From: an uncultured Candidatus Saccharibacteria bacterium
GTDB lineage: Bacteria; Patescibacteriota; Minisyncoccia; Phycocordibacterales; UBA918
Length of the DNA: 64,000 nucleotides
Assembly (NCBI GenBank): GCA_964350645.1
Contig: CAYGJY010000001.1
Location: 142,316-206,315 of the forward strand
Reading direction: 5' to 3'
In this document: one piece after another, positions 21,538-29,651 of the stretch
Position numbering within the stretch: the stretch's first letter is position 1
Layout of the letters: each line of letters opens with the position of its first letter
Made by a program: the position numbers and the translations under genes
The notes under the pieces: model-generated
What the model saw: only the letters and a program-made list of their open reading frames with translations
Told to the model about the DNA's origin: nothing
Databases searched by the model: none

Positions 21538-21696
21538 ATGAAGATCTTGTGTGTATTGGCGACCCTTTTGGTTGCTGCAGCATGCGCGACGCCACCTGGC
21601 GTTGTGTCACCAAATCGAGAAAAACCGCTTGGGGCGAATCCTCAACCGGTGAAGCCGATGAAGATCGTAAGACCGTCGACATCGCACTGGATTTGA
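21538..21696 (+). CDS. Small (52 aa) lipoprotein-like/secreted Pro-rich peptide
   Basis: The peptide MKILCVLATLLVAAAC has a signal-peptide and lipobox-like N-terminus. It follows a good RBS (gaaggagtgatc) and the stop is immediately followed by a 9-bp GC stem-loop. It could be spurious. Confidence 0.25.
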   Translation: MKILCVLATLLVAAACATPPGVVSPNREKPLGANPQPVKPMKIVRPSTSHWI

Positions 21697-21956
21697 TCCA
21701 CCGGGCGCCCCTTTATGGGGCGCCCACCGGGTAGACGACCAAAATCGTCTGTGGTATGATCCTTACATGATCCTCCTGGTCGGATCTGCTACTCGGGAGC
21801 CTGGCTTCCCACCATATCGTCGGGATTCGACGATAGAGGTTCTCGAGCTTCTTTTAGGCGGCTGACGCGCAATCCGGTGCGTCGGCCGCTACAAAGGCCG
21901 GTAACTATCTTTTGCACACTGGTGCAAGGACAAAGACAAGTTATCCGGCCTTTTTT
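21697..21956 (+). ncRNA. GC-rich, highly structured non-coding element ending in an intrinsic terminator (candidate cis-regulatory leader, riboswitch or small RNA) upstream of the sulfotransferase gene
   Basis: Multiple nested hairpins are present. They are gggcgcccc/ggggcgccc at 21703-21725, atcgtcg/cgacgat, and gcggctgacgc/gcgtcggccgc. The last contains a U-G wobble that forms only on the + strand. A further hairpin ttgcac/gtgcaa is enclosed by ggccggtaac...gttatccggcc, which is followed by TTTTTT at 21951-21956. Confidence 0.3.
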
Positions 21957-22039
21957 CGTGCAAATTTTTTATGGTAGTGGTCACAAAATTAAAGTGTTTT
22001 ACATTTACAAGGCAGTCTATTTACACTATTATCATATAA

Positions 22040-22873
22040 ATGATGACTCCAAAGAACGACCAGACACTGATCTTATTCGGGGGACTACCACGCAGTGGTT
22101 CAACGGTGCTGGGTGAAATACTAGCCCAGAATCCGCAGGTGTATGTTTCACCGACGAGTGGTCTCCTGGCGACAGTCGACCTACTGTGGCGGCAGTGGGA
22201 TAGTATTTCGCAGCACACTGTCGTGCCCCATGAAGAGAATCGTCGTAATGTACTGCAGGCAACTATTGCCAGCTACCATCAGCATCAGTCAGCGCCGTAT
22301 GTAATCGATAAGTCACGTTGTTGGGCCAATCGATTGGAGTTGCTGAATGATTTATTGGGGTACAAAGTTAAACTCATTGCTCCGGTACGCGATGTACGAC
22401 AAATTCTCGCGAGCTTTGAGCAGCTGTGGCGGACAGAGTCACGCATACGCTGCATTAAGCAAGAGCAGCAAGCCGGAGTTTCTTTTCAGACGCTTGAAGG
22501 GCGGATGGCGTACTGGATGTCACCAGCTGAAGCCGTGGGGAAGGCACATAACTCACTCGTGGATGCCTGTCGGCGCGGACTGCAAGACCAGATACTATTT
22601 GTTGACTATGAGCGACTGCTGGCTGATCCGCAAGGAGCTCTCGACACAATCTATCGCTTTCTTGATCTGGAAGCCTGTACACACGATTTTGCAACCATAA
22701 CGGATCGTTTTACAGAAGACAGTTTGGTCTACGGTATTCGTGATTTGCATACTATCCGTCCAGCATTGTCGCCTTCGCAGACGAAGTGGGAAGAGCTCCT
22801 TGGTCCGGCCGCTGAGCAGTACGCTGAGCACAACTTTTGGCTGCATTCACAACTGAATCTACATACTATCTAA
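22040..22873 (+). CDS. Sulfotransferase-family protein (PAPS-dependent type)
   Basis: The N-terminal 5'-PSB loop is LILFGGLPRSGSTVLGEIL. The product is 277 aa with a sulfotransferase-like architecture. Its GC is modestly above the genome average. Confidence 0.6.
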   Translation: MMTPKNDQTLILFGGLPRSGSTVLGEILAQNPQVYVSPTSGLLATVDLLWRQWDSISQHTVVPHEENRRNVLQATIASYHQHQSAPYVIDKSRCWANRLELLNDLLGYKVKLIAPVRDVRQILASFEQLWRTESRIRCIKQEQQAGVSFQTLEGRMAYWMSPAEAVGKAHNSLVDACRRGLQDQILFVDYERLLADPQGALDTIYRFLDLEACTHDFATITDRFTEDSLVYGIRDLHTIRPALSPSQTKWEELLGPAAEQYAEHNFWLHSQLNLHTI

Positions 22874-22896
22874 GCTATTGACTTTTTAATATAACT
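22868..22896 (+). promoter_or_regulatory. Candidate promoter (TTGACT, 17-nt spacer, TATAAA) upstream of the high-GC lipoprotein gene
   Basis: TTGACT is at 22868-22873 and TATAAA at 22891-22896. Confidence 0.25.
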
Positions 22897-23018
22897 GGTG
22901 TATAAAGTACGCACCAACTCACCAATTCTTAATGAATCAGGGTGGGGTGTTCTTCAGGTCTCACAAGGCCTATTAAATGCAACGCGCCCAAGCGAGGCGC
23001 TAAACAAGGACTGAAACG

Positions 23019-23591
23019 ATGAAGATGCTCTATGTTTTGTTGACTGTTCCGTTTATCCTCGGCGCTTGCGGCGCTGAAACCACCGGGACGGCGAGCGCTC
23101 CGGCGCCGGATGCGCCGGCGGCTGAGACTGTCGCGGTGACGGAATCGACTGCCCCGGCGACCAAGCCGGTCACTGAGGTCGATGTCGCGGCGGCTCCGAC
23201 CGAGCCGGCGCCGGCCGCTTCGGAAGAAGTTGAGGTCGCGGCGGTGGAGCCGACGGCTCCGACCGAGCCGGTCCCGGCCGACCCGCGGATGAAGGCGGCT
23301 GCCTTCATGGCTGCAGTCACGAGCTGCGAGGTCAGCACCGGCACGGTGCCGATGTCATTCATCGGCGATGAGACGGGGGGTTCCATGGTGGTGGGCGCAG
23401 GGCGCATCACGGTTCCGTACCGCATGAAGCTCGATGGTGATGGTGAGCTGGTTTTCCAGCGGGACTACCAGGGTTGGGGCACCCGCCCCTTCGAAGTCCG
23501 CAAGGACTCTGTGTGGCTCCGGGGGGACAGCTCTGATTTCGATTGCCCTGTGCCGCAGGAAGTCGCCGCACGCTTCAATGCGGAGACCTGA
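23019..23591 (+). CDS. Lipoprotein with an Ala/Pro/Thr/Glu-rich linker and a small C-terminal globular domain; very high GC, probably horizontally acquired
   Basis: A lipobox is present (FILGAC) and the linker is low-complexity APAPDAPAAETVAV. GC3 is heavily biased (gcg/ccg/gcc codons) at ~68% GC against ~45% in the flanks. Confidence 0.55.
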   Translation: MKMLYVLLTVPFILGACGAETTGTASAPAPDAPAAETVAVTESTAPATKPVTEVDVAAAPTEPAPAASEEVEVAAVEPTAPTEPVPADPRMKAAAFMAAVTSCEVSTGTVPMSFIGDETGGSMVVGAGRITVPYRMKLDGDGELVFQRDYQGWGTRPFEVRKDSVWLRGDSSDFDCPVPQEVAARFNAET

Positions 23592-23595
23592 GAGT

Positions 23596-23655
23596 GGCGG
23601 GGGCGGGTGCTTGCATCCCGCCCCCACCGAACGATGCATTCATTGAATGCCACCG
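23596..23655. terminator. Two consecutive GC-rich hairpins after the high-GC gene, between it and the convergent SagB-like gene
   Basis: The first is gggggcggg-tgcttgcat-cccgccccc. The second is tgcattca-ttgaatgca. Confidence 0.45.
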
Positions 23656-23671
23656 TTAGAGAAAACCATCT

Positions 23672-24391
23672 CTAGCGGTTTTCTTTTGTCTCGACGTCGG
23701 TTTTTCCAAGGGCAAGGGTGTAGATGACATGTTCTGAGCCAGCGATTGTTACAAAAGAGTCATCAAGGAGATCATACAACGGTGCTCCGATAGCCCGGCA
23801 GCCGATGTTAAGTGCGGCAGCAGTTAAATAAATATTTTGTCCGATATGACCAGCTTCGAGGAAAGCGTGTGTATACCCCAGGGTGCCGTATTGAAATAAA
23901 TTGCGGGCTTTTACATGACTGATACATATATATAAAGAAGCACGTTCGATCTTTTCTGGGTCTGGCATTCGACCGCCTATGTCTGGTGCGGATCGACTCA
24001 ACAAGTCAAGGCTATGTTCTTTCGTGTTGTAGTAGTAGGTGCCGGTAGCAAGTGCCGGAGTGTCTTTGGGGACGACTAGGTAGAGATTTAGTGGTTGTAA
24101 GCCGCCAGCTGAAGGAGCGGGGCGTTTGTCTACATCACTCGTTGTGTAGGAGGACAGAAGAATGGTCTCAATCTCGGTGAGTGATAGAGATTCAGTGGTT
24201 GAAAAGGTTTGGGCGGACTGACGAGCAGCTAGTGCGTCACTAAGAGAGATGGGTAGTGGGTTTGGTTCTCTTAGTGGGGTACTCTCATATGTATTGCGGA
24301 GTTGGTTGTCGGCCTGTTCGTAGAGTGCACCAATATTCGAGTGACGGTTCGCTTTTATAAATGAAAAGAAATAGTCCATAGGCTTAGGCAA
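23672..24391 (-). CDS. SagB/McbC-type FMN-dependent dehydrogenase (nitroreductase fold), the azoline oxidase component of TOMM-type pathways
   Basis: A nitroreductase-family core AFLEAGHIGQNIYLTAAALNIGCRAIGA is present along with YLVVPKDTPALATGTYYY. The start overlaps the stop of the upstream YcaO gene by 8 nt. Confidence 0.7.
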   Translation of the reverse strand: MPKPMDYFFSFIKANRHSNIGALYEQADNQLRNTYESTPLREPNPLPISLSDALAARQSAQTFSTTESLSLTEIETILLSSYTTSDVDKRPAPSAGGLQPLNLYLVVPKDTPALATGTYYYNTKEHSLDLLSRSAPDIGGRMPDPEKIERASLYICISHVKARNLFQYGTLGYTHAFLEAGHIGQNIYLTAAALNIGCRAIGAPLYDLLDDSFVTIAGSEHVIYTLALGKTDVETKENR

Positions 24392-25883
24392 AAGGATGAG
24401 GAACAGTATTGATAGTGTCTTTAGTTAATGGTTTGTTGTACTGTGCTTCGTAGAATTTTTGTAGTCTAGGTTGGTTGATTGGTCGTTCAACATCGGCAAA
24501 ATACATATCAATCATATCAGGACTCATCATGCGAACTACTTTGAGTCCATGAGCTTGCGCTAAGGGAGTGGTTTGATCGACCGTATACATAGTAATATTT
24601 TTTCTACGCAAAAAACTTCTGAGCGACAGGTATGTGTTTGGGATACTACTCAGATCAAACTGCGCTTGATAATCCTCAAATGAGATAGTAGTACCCGAGA
24701 TGAAAAAATCAGCCAGAGCGATAATTTGTGGGGTAGACCAAAACCGGTTGCGGTCTTGGATTGATTCTAGATTTGAACCTTCAACCCCCCATGAATATTG
24801 TTTTTCAGGCTGCTCATAGACGTGTGGCCATTTCATAATACTGTACTGTAGTTTTTCAAGCATTGCATGGATGTCAGCGCCCGCGACACCACTCAGTCTA
24901 AGGATAGACGAACGTTTACGATCAACGAGTACCATAATGAGTGATGGGATACCAAGGTCAGTACTACAATCAAGCAGATGTATGTCTAAGTCAGCCTGCT
25001 TTGTTTCAGTAATAAATTCCTGGAATGATGGGACAGTAATTGAGCTCAAGTCGATCTGTTTTGGTGCCGTTGTCGTGAGCCAGTGCAGCAGGAAGCCATC
25101 ACGTTCGATTAGCTCAAAGAAGCCACGCAGGCATGCCTGATCATAAGATGTGTAGGTAGCACAACCGTTAGTATTAGAGCTGCCGAGTAAGGTGCGGTTT
25201 TGGGGGTTTTGATACTGGTAGTAGAGATGGGTTAGTGCCACTGGTAGGTAGACATTTTTTTTGGTTACCATATTTCTCCCAGCTACCCAGTATTCATTTT
25301 TATACAAGGTGTCATCGTATGAGCCGTAATAGGTAAAGAAACTGGGTGCAATATACGTGGAGTCGTCTAAAAAAGAAGGATTGATGTGCCAGTCTGAGTA
25401 GTTGGTTGCGACACCGCTGATTCTTTCGATTGTTTCAGCTAGCGCCACTGTCATGGCCTCGTTATGGCTTTTGTGGGCACTGGACGCCCAGAGATTATGA
25501 AACAGGTGTGGAGCTTGAGGGTTTGGCTGGAGTTTTAAAACTGCCAGAGGCACTCGAGGAAAGCCTGGAGACATAAAGCCAAACGTCCAGTGCGAGACAT
25601 AGCCATCCTGCAGAAGTTTCTCTAAGGTTAGACGATTAAGTGTAGAAAGGGTCTCCAATTCATCATGTTTGCTCTGCAGATAAATTTTACTTTTTGTCAG
25701 TCTTTCAAGTAGGAGACAAAGTTTCCTGGTGATATAAACTCGACAACGATTAGTGAGATTGTCTGGATAGAAGGTTGATTGACTAACTCGGGCCTGATCA
25801 GCAATACGGCTTTCGCTGGTAATAACTTTCTGTAGAGAAATAGTATCAGAGTCGTGTTGGGCTAGTCTGCTCATGTACGACAC
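24384..25883 (-). CDS. YcaO-domain ATP-dependent cyclodehydratase with an N-terminal extension and a proline-rich C-terminus
   Basis: YcaO signature motifs are EAMTVALAETIERISG and FFELIERDGFLLHW. The C-terminus ends ...VPHPFA, a PxPxP-like tail typical of azoline-forming YcaOs. The product is 499 aa. Confidence 0.75.
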   Translation of the reverse strand: MSYMSRLAQHDSDTISLQKVITSESRIADQARVSQSTFYPDNLTNRCRVYITRKLCLLLERLTKSKIYLQSKHDELETLSTLNRLTLEKLLQDGYVSHWTFGFMSPGFPRVPLAVLKLQPNPQAPHLFHNLWASSAHKSHNEAMTVALAETIERISGVATNYSDWHINPSFLDDSTYIAPSFFTYYGSYDDTLYKNEYWVAGRNMVTKKNVYLPVALTHLYYQYQNPQNRTLLGSSNTNGCATYTSYDQACLRGFFELIERDGFLLHWLTTTAPKQIDLSSITVPSFQEFITETKQADLDIHLLDCSTDLGIPSLIMVLVDRKRSSILRLSGVAGADIHAMLEKLQYSIMKWPHVYEQPEKQYSWGVEGSNLESIQDRNRFWSTPQIIALADFFISGTTISFEDYQAQFDLSSIPNTYLSLRSFLRRKNITMYTVDQTTPLAQAHGLKVVRMMSPDMIDMYFADVERPINQPRLQKFYEAQYNKPLTKDTINTVPHPFA

Positions 25884-25899
25884 TCTACACCGAAAGTGT

Positions 25900-27075
25900 T
25901 TATTGTGTCCAATCCGTTAGAAAAGCAATATTTTGGTCGAATTCAGCAAGCGAGATTGTACGAAGAGCTGAAACGTCATCTTGTGTAAGGTCATAAATTT
26001 CCACTCGAGCATTGCGGTTGCTAGGATCGTTGTCGATAACCTGCAGAGCCAGATAGCGCCCTTCTGGTGAAATAGTTGGCCAGATGGTCTGCACATCATT
26101 TTGCGCAAATTGGAAGACGGTACGAAGTGCTACTGGTGCAGCGTTAGAGCTCTGATCGTTGTCCTCAATCTTAAATACTGTCAACCTGTTGATGGTACTG
26201 CTGTCTTCTGATGGATCAGTCAAAAGCAGATACTCACCATCTGGACTGATAGTAATCTGACTTCCATAACCAAGTCCTGTCTGTAGAGGATTCCAGAGAT
26301 TGTAGATAGAGTTTTCAGGATCTTTAACATCAATCACATAAATACCATCAGTCTTGATCACAAAAACAAAATTGTCATCTTTTGACCAAGTTGGATACGC
26401 TGCGTTTTGCGCTAGCACCTGTTCGTCGCTGCTGCCGGTGATAAGTATTGCGTCCCAATTGTCTAGATCACGAAAAGCGAGTATGTCTTCCAGGGCTTCT
26501 GTACCACGCTGTTGTGAAAAAAGTATTTTAGTAGCATCAGTATTTGCAATTTGAGGAAGTCTTTTTCTAATTATTGGAGTGTCATTACTTGTGACAGCAG
26601 TGGTTAGTTGAGTGATTCTTTCTTCATCTTTGACAAAGATTTGTGGGGTGACGGGTTCAGTAACTTCTACTGCCATAGTGGTTGAGATAGCCGGAACTAG
26701 TGCAGCATAGGCTACTACACCAAGTGGGCTAGAATCGTAGGTATAGGCGATGTTTGTGATTTCAGTATTCTGACTGATTGAATTTGATTCAAAGTCGTAT
26801 GTATGTAATTGGTAGGGTAAAAAATCGCTAGCCTGACTAATTTCTTCATCAGCAAGAGTTATATGAAGTGAGCCAGATAACTCTTCTAGAGGGTTTGAGG
26901 CCGTGTATTGATTAGGTACGGTAACAACGTATGTTGGACGAACATCTTCAGGTGACTGCACCTGTGGAGTCAGTGTTGTTGGTTCAGTGACTGAGAGTAG
27001 ATTTGTGGCGTACCAGACTGTCAATCCACTGAGTAGTAGAATTATCAATAAAAGAACTAAGTGTACTTTTTTCAT
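25900..27075 (-). CDS. Secreted beta-propeller protein (TolB/PD40-like repeats)
   Basis: An N-terminal signal/TM segment (MKKVHLVLLLIILLLSGLTVW) is followed by repeated ISPDGEYL / ISPEGRYL blades. Confidence 0.45.
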   Translation of the reverse strand: MKKVHLVLLLIILLLSGLTVWYATNLLSVTEPTTLTPQVQSPEDVRPTYVVTVPNQYTASNPLEELSGSLHITLADEEISQASDFLPYQLHTYDFESNSISQNTEITNIAYTYDSSPLGVVAYAALVPAISTTMAVEVTEPVTPQIFVKDEERITQLTTAVTSNDTPIIRKRLPQIANTDATKILFSQQRGTEALEDILAFRDLDNWDAILITGSSDEQVLAQNAAYPTWSKDDNFVFVIKTDGIYVIDVKDPENSIYNLWNPLQTGLGYGSQITISPDGEYLLLTDPSEDSSTINRLTVFKIEDNDQSSNAAPVALRTVFQFAQNDVQTIWPTISPEGRYLALQVIDNDPSNRNARVEIYDLTQDDVSALRTISLAEFDQNIAFLTDWTQ

Positions 27076-28604
27076 ATAACAGTATTAGAATTTACCTGAT
27101 ACATCTCATCGAGAAGTTGTTGCGAATCTTTGTCGAGACTTTGTAACCACGTAGCTGAGACCTTGGGCATTCCGCCAGGAAGTGGTCCGTATACACCTCC
27201 GAAGTCAAATACAAAACTACGCGTCATGTCTTTGTCTAGTGTGTGCTTGTATGATGCTGGGGCGGTAAACTCTAGTTCAATCCGGTCTTGAAACTTAGCG
27301 TAGACAAACTCGCTGTTATTTTTTTTGCTCAACTTTGCTTTAACAACGGCAGGCTCGTCTGCGGTTGTGGTAGTAAGAACTTCTGAGAGTTCAAACTTTT
27401 CTTCGGTGGTTTCATTTTTAAGAGCCTCAGTTTCAGACACAGCAGGGAATGCAGACAGTAGCTGATGGTTTTTAGTAGCTTCAACAGTTGCATTCACTTG
27501 CCCGTCAGCGGCTATGAATTCGGCTGGGATTTTAATTGCTGTCTTAGTTGCGGCAAAATATCGTGGCTCAATCACAACGGTCTCACTTTTGGTGCCGTCT
27601 TTACTAAAGGTAACTAATAAGGACTTATTGCCAGTAGAAACAGCGTCAGCTTGGGCAGTTTTGATTCCAAAAGAGTCCATAAATGATTTGTCTTGAGGAG
27701 TATCCTGGTTGGTACTCATAAATGATCCAACCAACATAGATAAGGTTCCGGCGAGCATGAACTTACCTAGCTTACTTTTACGAGATGTAAAAGGGGAGGC
27801 TGTAAGGACACCGGCTTCTTGCTGTGGGTAGACGTCGTCGATATGCCAATCCCGGTAGACAGAACTTATAATCAAGTATGTATCAACAGCCTGATCAGCT
27901 ACGAAGGTAAATGAAGCCACATCACCATTACGTAGTGTGCTTTGTTCCTTACTAGCTGAAGGGCAGATGCGGGCAGTCTCAGTAAGTTTTGTATTAGCTC
28001 GATAGACAGTTGCTTCTGTCCCGGCTTTTTCAGATTCTGAGATTGATTTTTTAGAGAAATAAATAGGGGTACCATAATTGCAGTCGACAACGGGTTCAAG
28101 ATTTGCGGGGTGAGTGATTGCTGTGATGCCAACAAAGTCATAGAGACTTTCTTCTGGCTCAATCTCTTGAATCATAAGTTTCACTTTGCCATCTTGGTCT
28201 ACGTGGAGTGGTTTTTGGAGAACATACTTATCAGGAATAATCTCACCAGCGAGATATAGCTCTTTACCGACGCTTAGTACAGGAAAGTGTGAACGCGGCT
28301 TCCCAAACATTACATCGTTGTCCATTACGTATTTTTGTCCGTCCCAGGCGTAGAGAAAAGGGGTTGAGTATGGTCCACCATCACCACCACCACTACAGGA
28401 ACCTGTGCAGCCCGAACAGCCCCCGGCACAGAGGCTGAATAACATTAGGGGGTAGCCACCAAGTAGAGCAGCAAATTCTGAACCAAAAAGGAAGCTAGCT
28501 ACAACAATAATGAAGCCAGTCAAGATTTTTATACACGCTTCTGGCCCTATGTTGCTGATAATTTGACGAGTTTGTGTCAGAAATAGTAGTTGATAAGTAG
28601 GCAT
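27072..28604 (-). CDS. Membrane-anchored protein with a juxtamembrane Cys/Gly/Ser-rich segment (CAGGCSGCTGSCSGGGDGG); otherwise of unknown function
   Basis: Two N-terminal hydrophobic helices are followed by the Cys/Gly/Ser-rich stretch (nt 28374-28430) and then ~430 aa of uncharacterised extracytoplasmic domain. The stop overlaps the start of the beta-propeller gene. Confidence 0.5.
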   Translation of the reverse strand: MPTYQLLFLTQTRQIISNIGPEACIKILTGFIIVVASFLFGSEFAALLGGYPLMLFSLCAGGCSGCTGSCSGGGDGGPYSTPFLYAWDGQKYVMDNDVMFGKPRSHFPVLSVGKELYLAGEIIPDKYVLQKPLHVDQDGKVKLMIQEIEPEESLYDFVGITAITHPANLEPVVDCNYGTPIYFSKKSISESEKAGTEATVYRANTKLTETARICPSASKEQSTLRNGDVASFTFVADQAVDTYLIISSVYRDWHIDDVYPQQEAGVLTASPFTSRKSKLGKFMLAGTLSMLVGSFMSTNQDTPQDKSFMDSFGIKTAQADAVSTGNKSLLVTFSKDGTKSETVVIEPRYFAATKTAIKIPAEFIAADGQVNATVEATKNHQLLSAFPAVSETEALKNETTEEKFELSEVLTTTTADEPAVVKAKLSKKNNSEFVYAKFQDRIELEFTAPASYKHTLDKDMTRSFVFDFGGVYGPLPGGMPKVSATWLQSLDKDSQQLLDEMYQVNSNTVI

Positions 28605-28679
28605 AGTTTGTTATTAGGATTGATACATATAATGTATACATTATACACCGATGTGGGTGATAGGTTTCGTTGAGCTTGT

Positions 28680-29651
28680 TTATAGTGTAGCGGTAATAAT
28701 GTGCGAAATGTCGTCGCAGCTATATATGGTTATGTCTTTAAGATGGGTATTCTCGCAGATTGATTTCCAGTCACTGAGTGTTCGAAGTCCGGTTTGATTG
28801 GTTAATGTATGCACGTGTTGGTATACCGCAACCAGTTTTCTCGTCTCAGCGTTAAGTGAGTTCAATTGCTCATCTGTAAAATAGCTTTGTTCTGCAAAAA
28901 GTAACTGGGCGCCAGGGAAATGATTTTGAAGCGAAGTTATGTAGTTTATAAATTCAGAATTAGTCGGTGTAATTTCATGTAGTACTGTCATAAAGGTAAT
29001 GAGGCACCCTGCGTAGGCAGCCTTCCCCCCTAGTCCTGCTCGGTCTTTCCAATCGATAATATCTTTGACGTCAGCTTTAATAAACTGGAATTGTTCTCTT
29101 AGCGACCGATACGGTTCTCCCCGATCAATACCAATGAGTTTTATGTTTTTTGCTTCTAGCTGGGAAAGAAATGCCCCTGAACCACAACCAAGATCAATAA
29201 TAGTATGAGGATCAGAAAGCTTTGGGAGTATTTCCTTATTGATCTTAGTGACAAACTTTTGGCTATATATTTCACTTGAAATATTAAGTGCTGAGCTTGT
29301 TGCCGATCCTATTAGAGTTGCTGCAGAGAGGTTTTCATCAGATGTCTTTGTTAGTACGTCATGATAGGCTTCAGTAAAATGTAATAAATTTTTTACCTGG
29401 TCGGTAACTAAGCTTTTTCCTGCAGTAACAAATATTCCGTCATAGCTAAGGTAATTGTTATCATAGTTACTAAGAAAAGTGCAGAGGTTGTGAATGTCAC
29501 TGAGATTGATATTCTTATTTTTTACCCAGTGAGAAAGTTCGATCCGTGTGTGCTCACTTAGTTCACTTAGTAACCCGTAACGTTGCAGTTTTAGTAATTG
29601 AGAAAAGAAGCACCAGTTAAAGACGAGGTCAGAGATTGGTAATTTGTTCAT
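28680..29651 (-). CDS. Class I SAM-dependent methyltransferase
   Basis: Motif I IIDLGCGSGAFLSQL and a post-I acidic residue (IGIDRGE) are present. The start is uncertain because the listed ORF (to 29702) overlaps the upstream gene. Confidence 0.6.
   Translation of the reverse strand: MNKLPISDLVFNWCFFSQLLKLQRYGLLSELSEHTRIELSHWVKNKNINLSDIHNLCTFLSNYDNNYLSYDGIFVTAGKSLVTDQVKNLLHFTEAYHDVLTKTSDENLSAATLIGSATSSALNISSEIYSQKFVTKINKEILPKLSDPHTIIDLGCGSGAFLSQLEAKNIKLIGIDRGEPYRSLREQFQFIKADVKDIIDWKDRAGLGGKAAYAGCLITFMTVLHEITPTNSEFINYITSLQNHFPGAQLLFAEQSYFTDEQLNSLNAETRKLVAVYQHVHTLTNQTGLRTLSDWKSICENTHLKDITIYSCDDISHIITATL

Noticed and set aside
21823-21832. GGATTCGACG, identical to the conserved 5'-proximal tmRNA motif, raised the possibility that the structured element is ssrA.
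   Set aside because: There is no tRNA-like T-arm (GGTTCGA...), no CCA-proximal acceptor helix, and no ANDENYALAA-like tag reading frame ending in a stop anywhere in 21690-21960. The hit is most likely coincidental within a hairpin.
21877-22116. A 79-aa ORF spans the end of the structured element into the sulfotransferase start.
   Set aside because: It reads through the intrinsic terminator and T-tract, has no RBS, and overlaps the well-supported sulfotransferase start.
23030-23653. Several ORFs on both strands (131, 94, 70 and 62 aa) lie inside or next to the high-GC lipoprotein gene.
   Set aside because: High GC suppresses stop codons in all frames. Only the + frame 23019-23591 has a start, lipobox and coherent codon bias.
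26354-26554. A 66-aa Cys/Ser-rich ORF (..CASTCSSLLPVISIASQLS..CCEKS..) was considered as a possible TOMM precursor.
   Set aside because: It is embedded antisense within the beta-propeller gene, has no RBS or promoter, and its Cys/Ser content is a by-product of the opposite-strand coding sequence.
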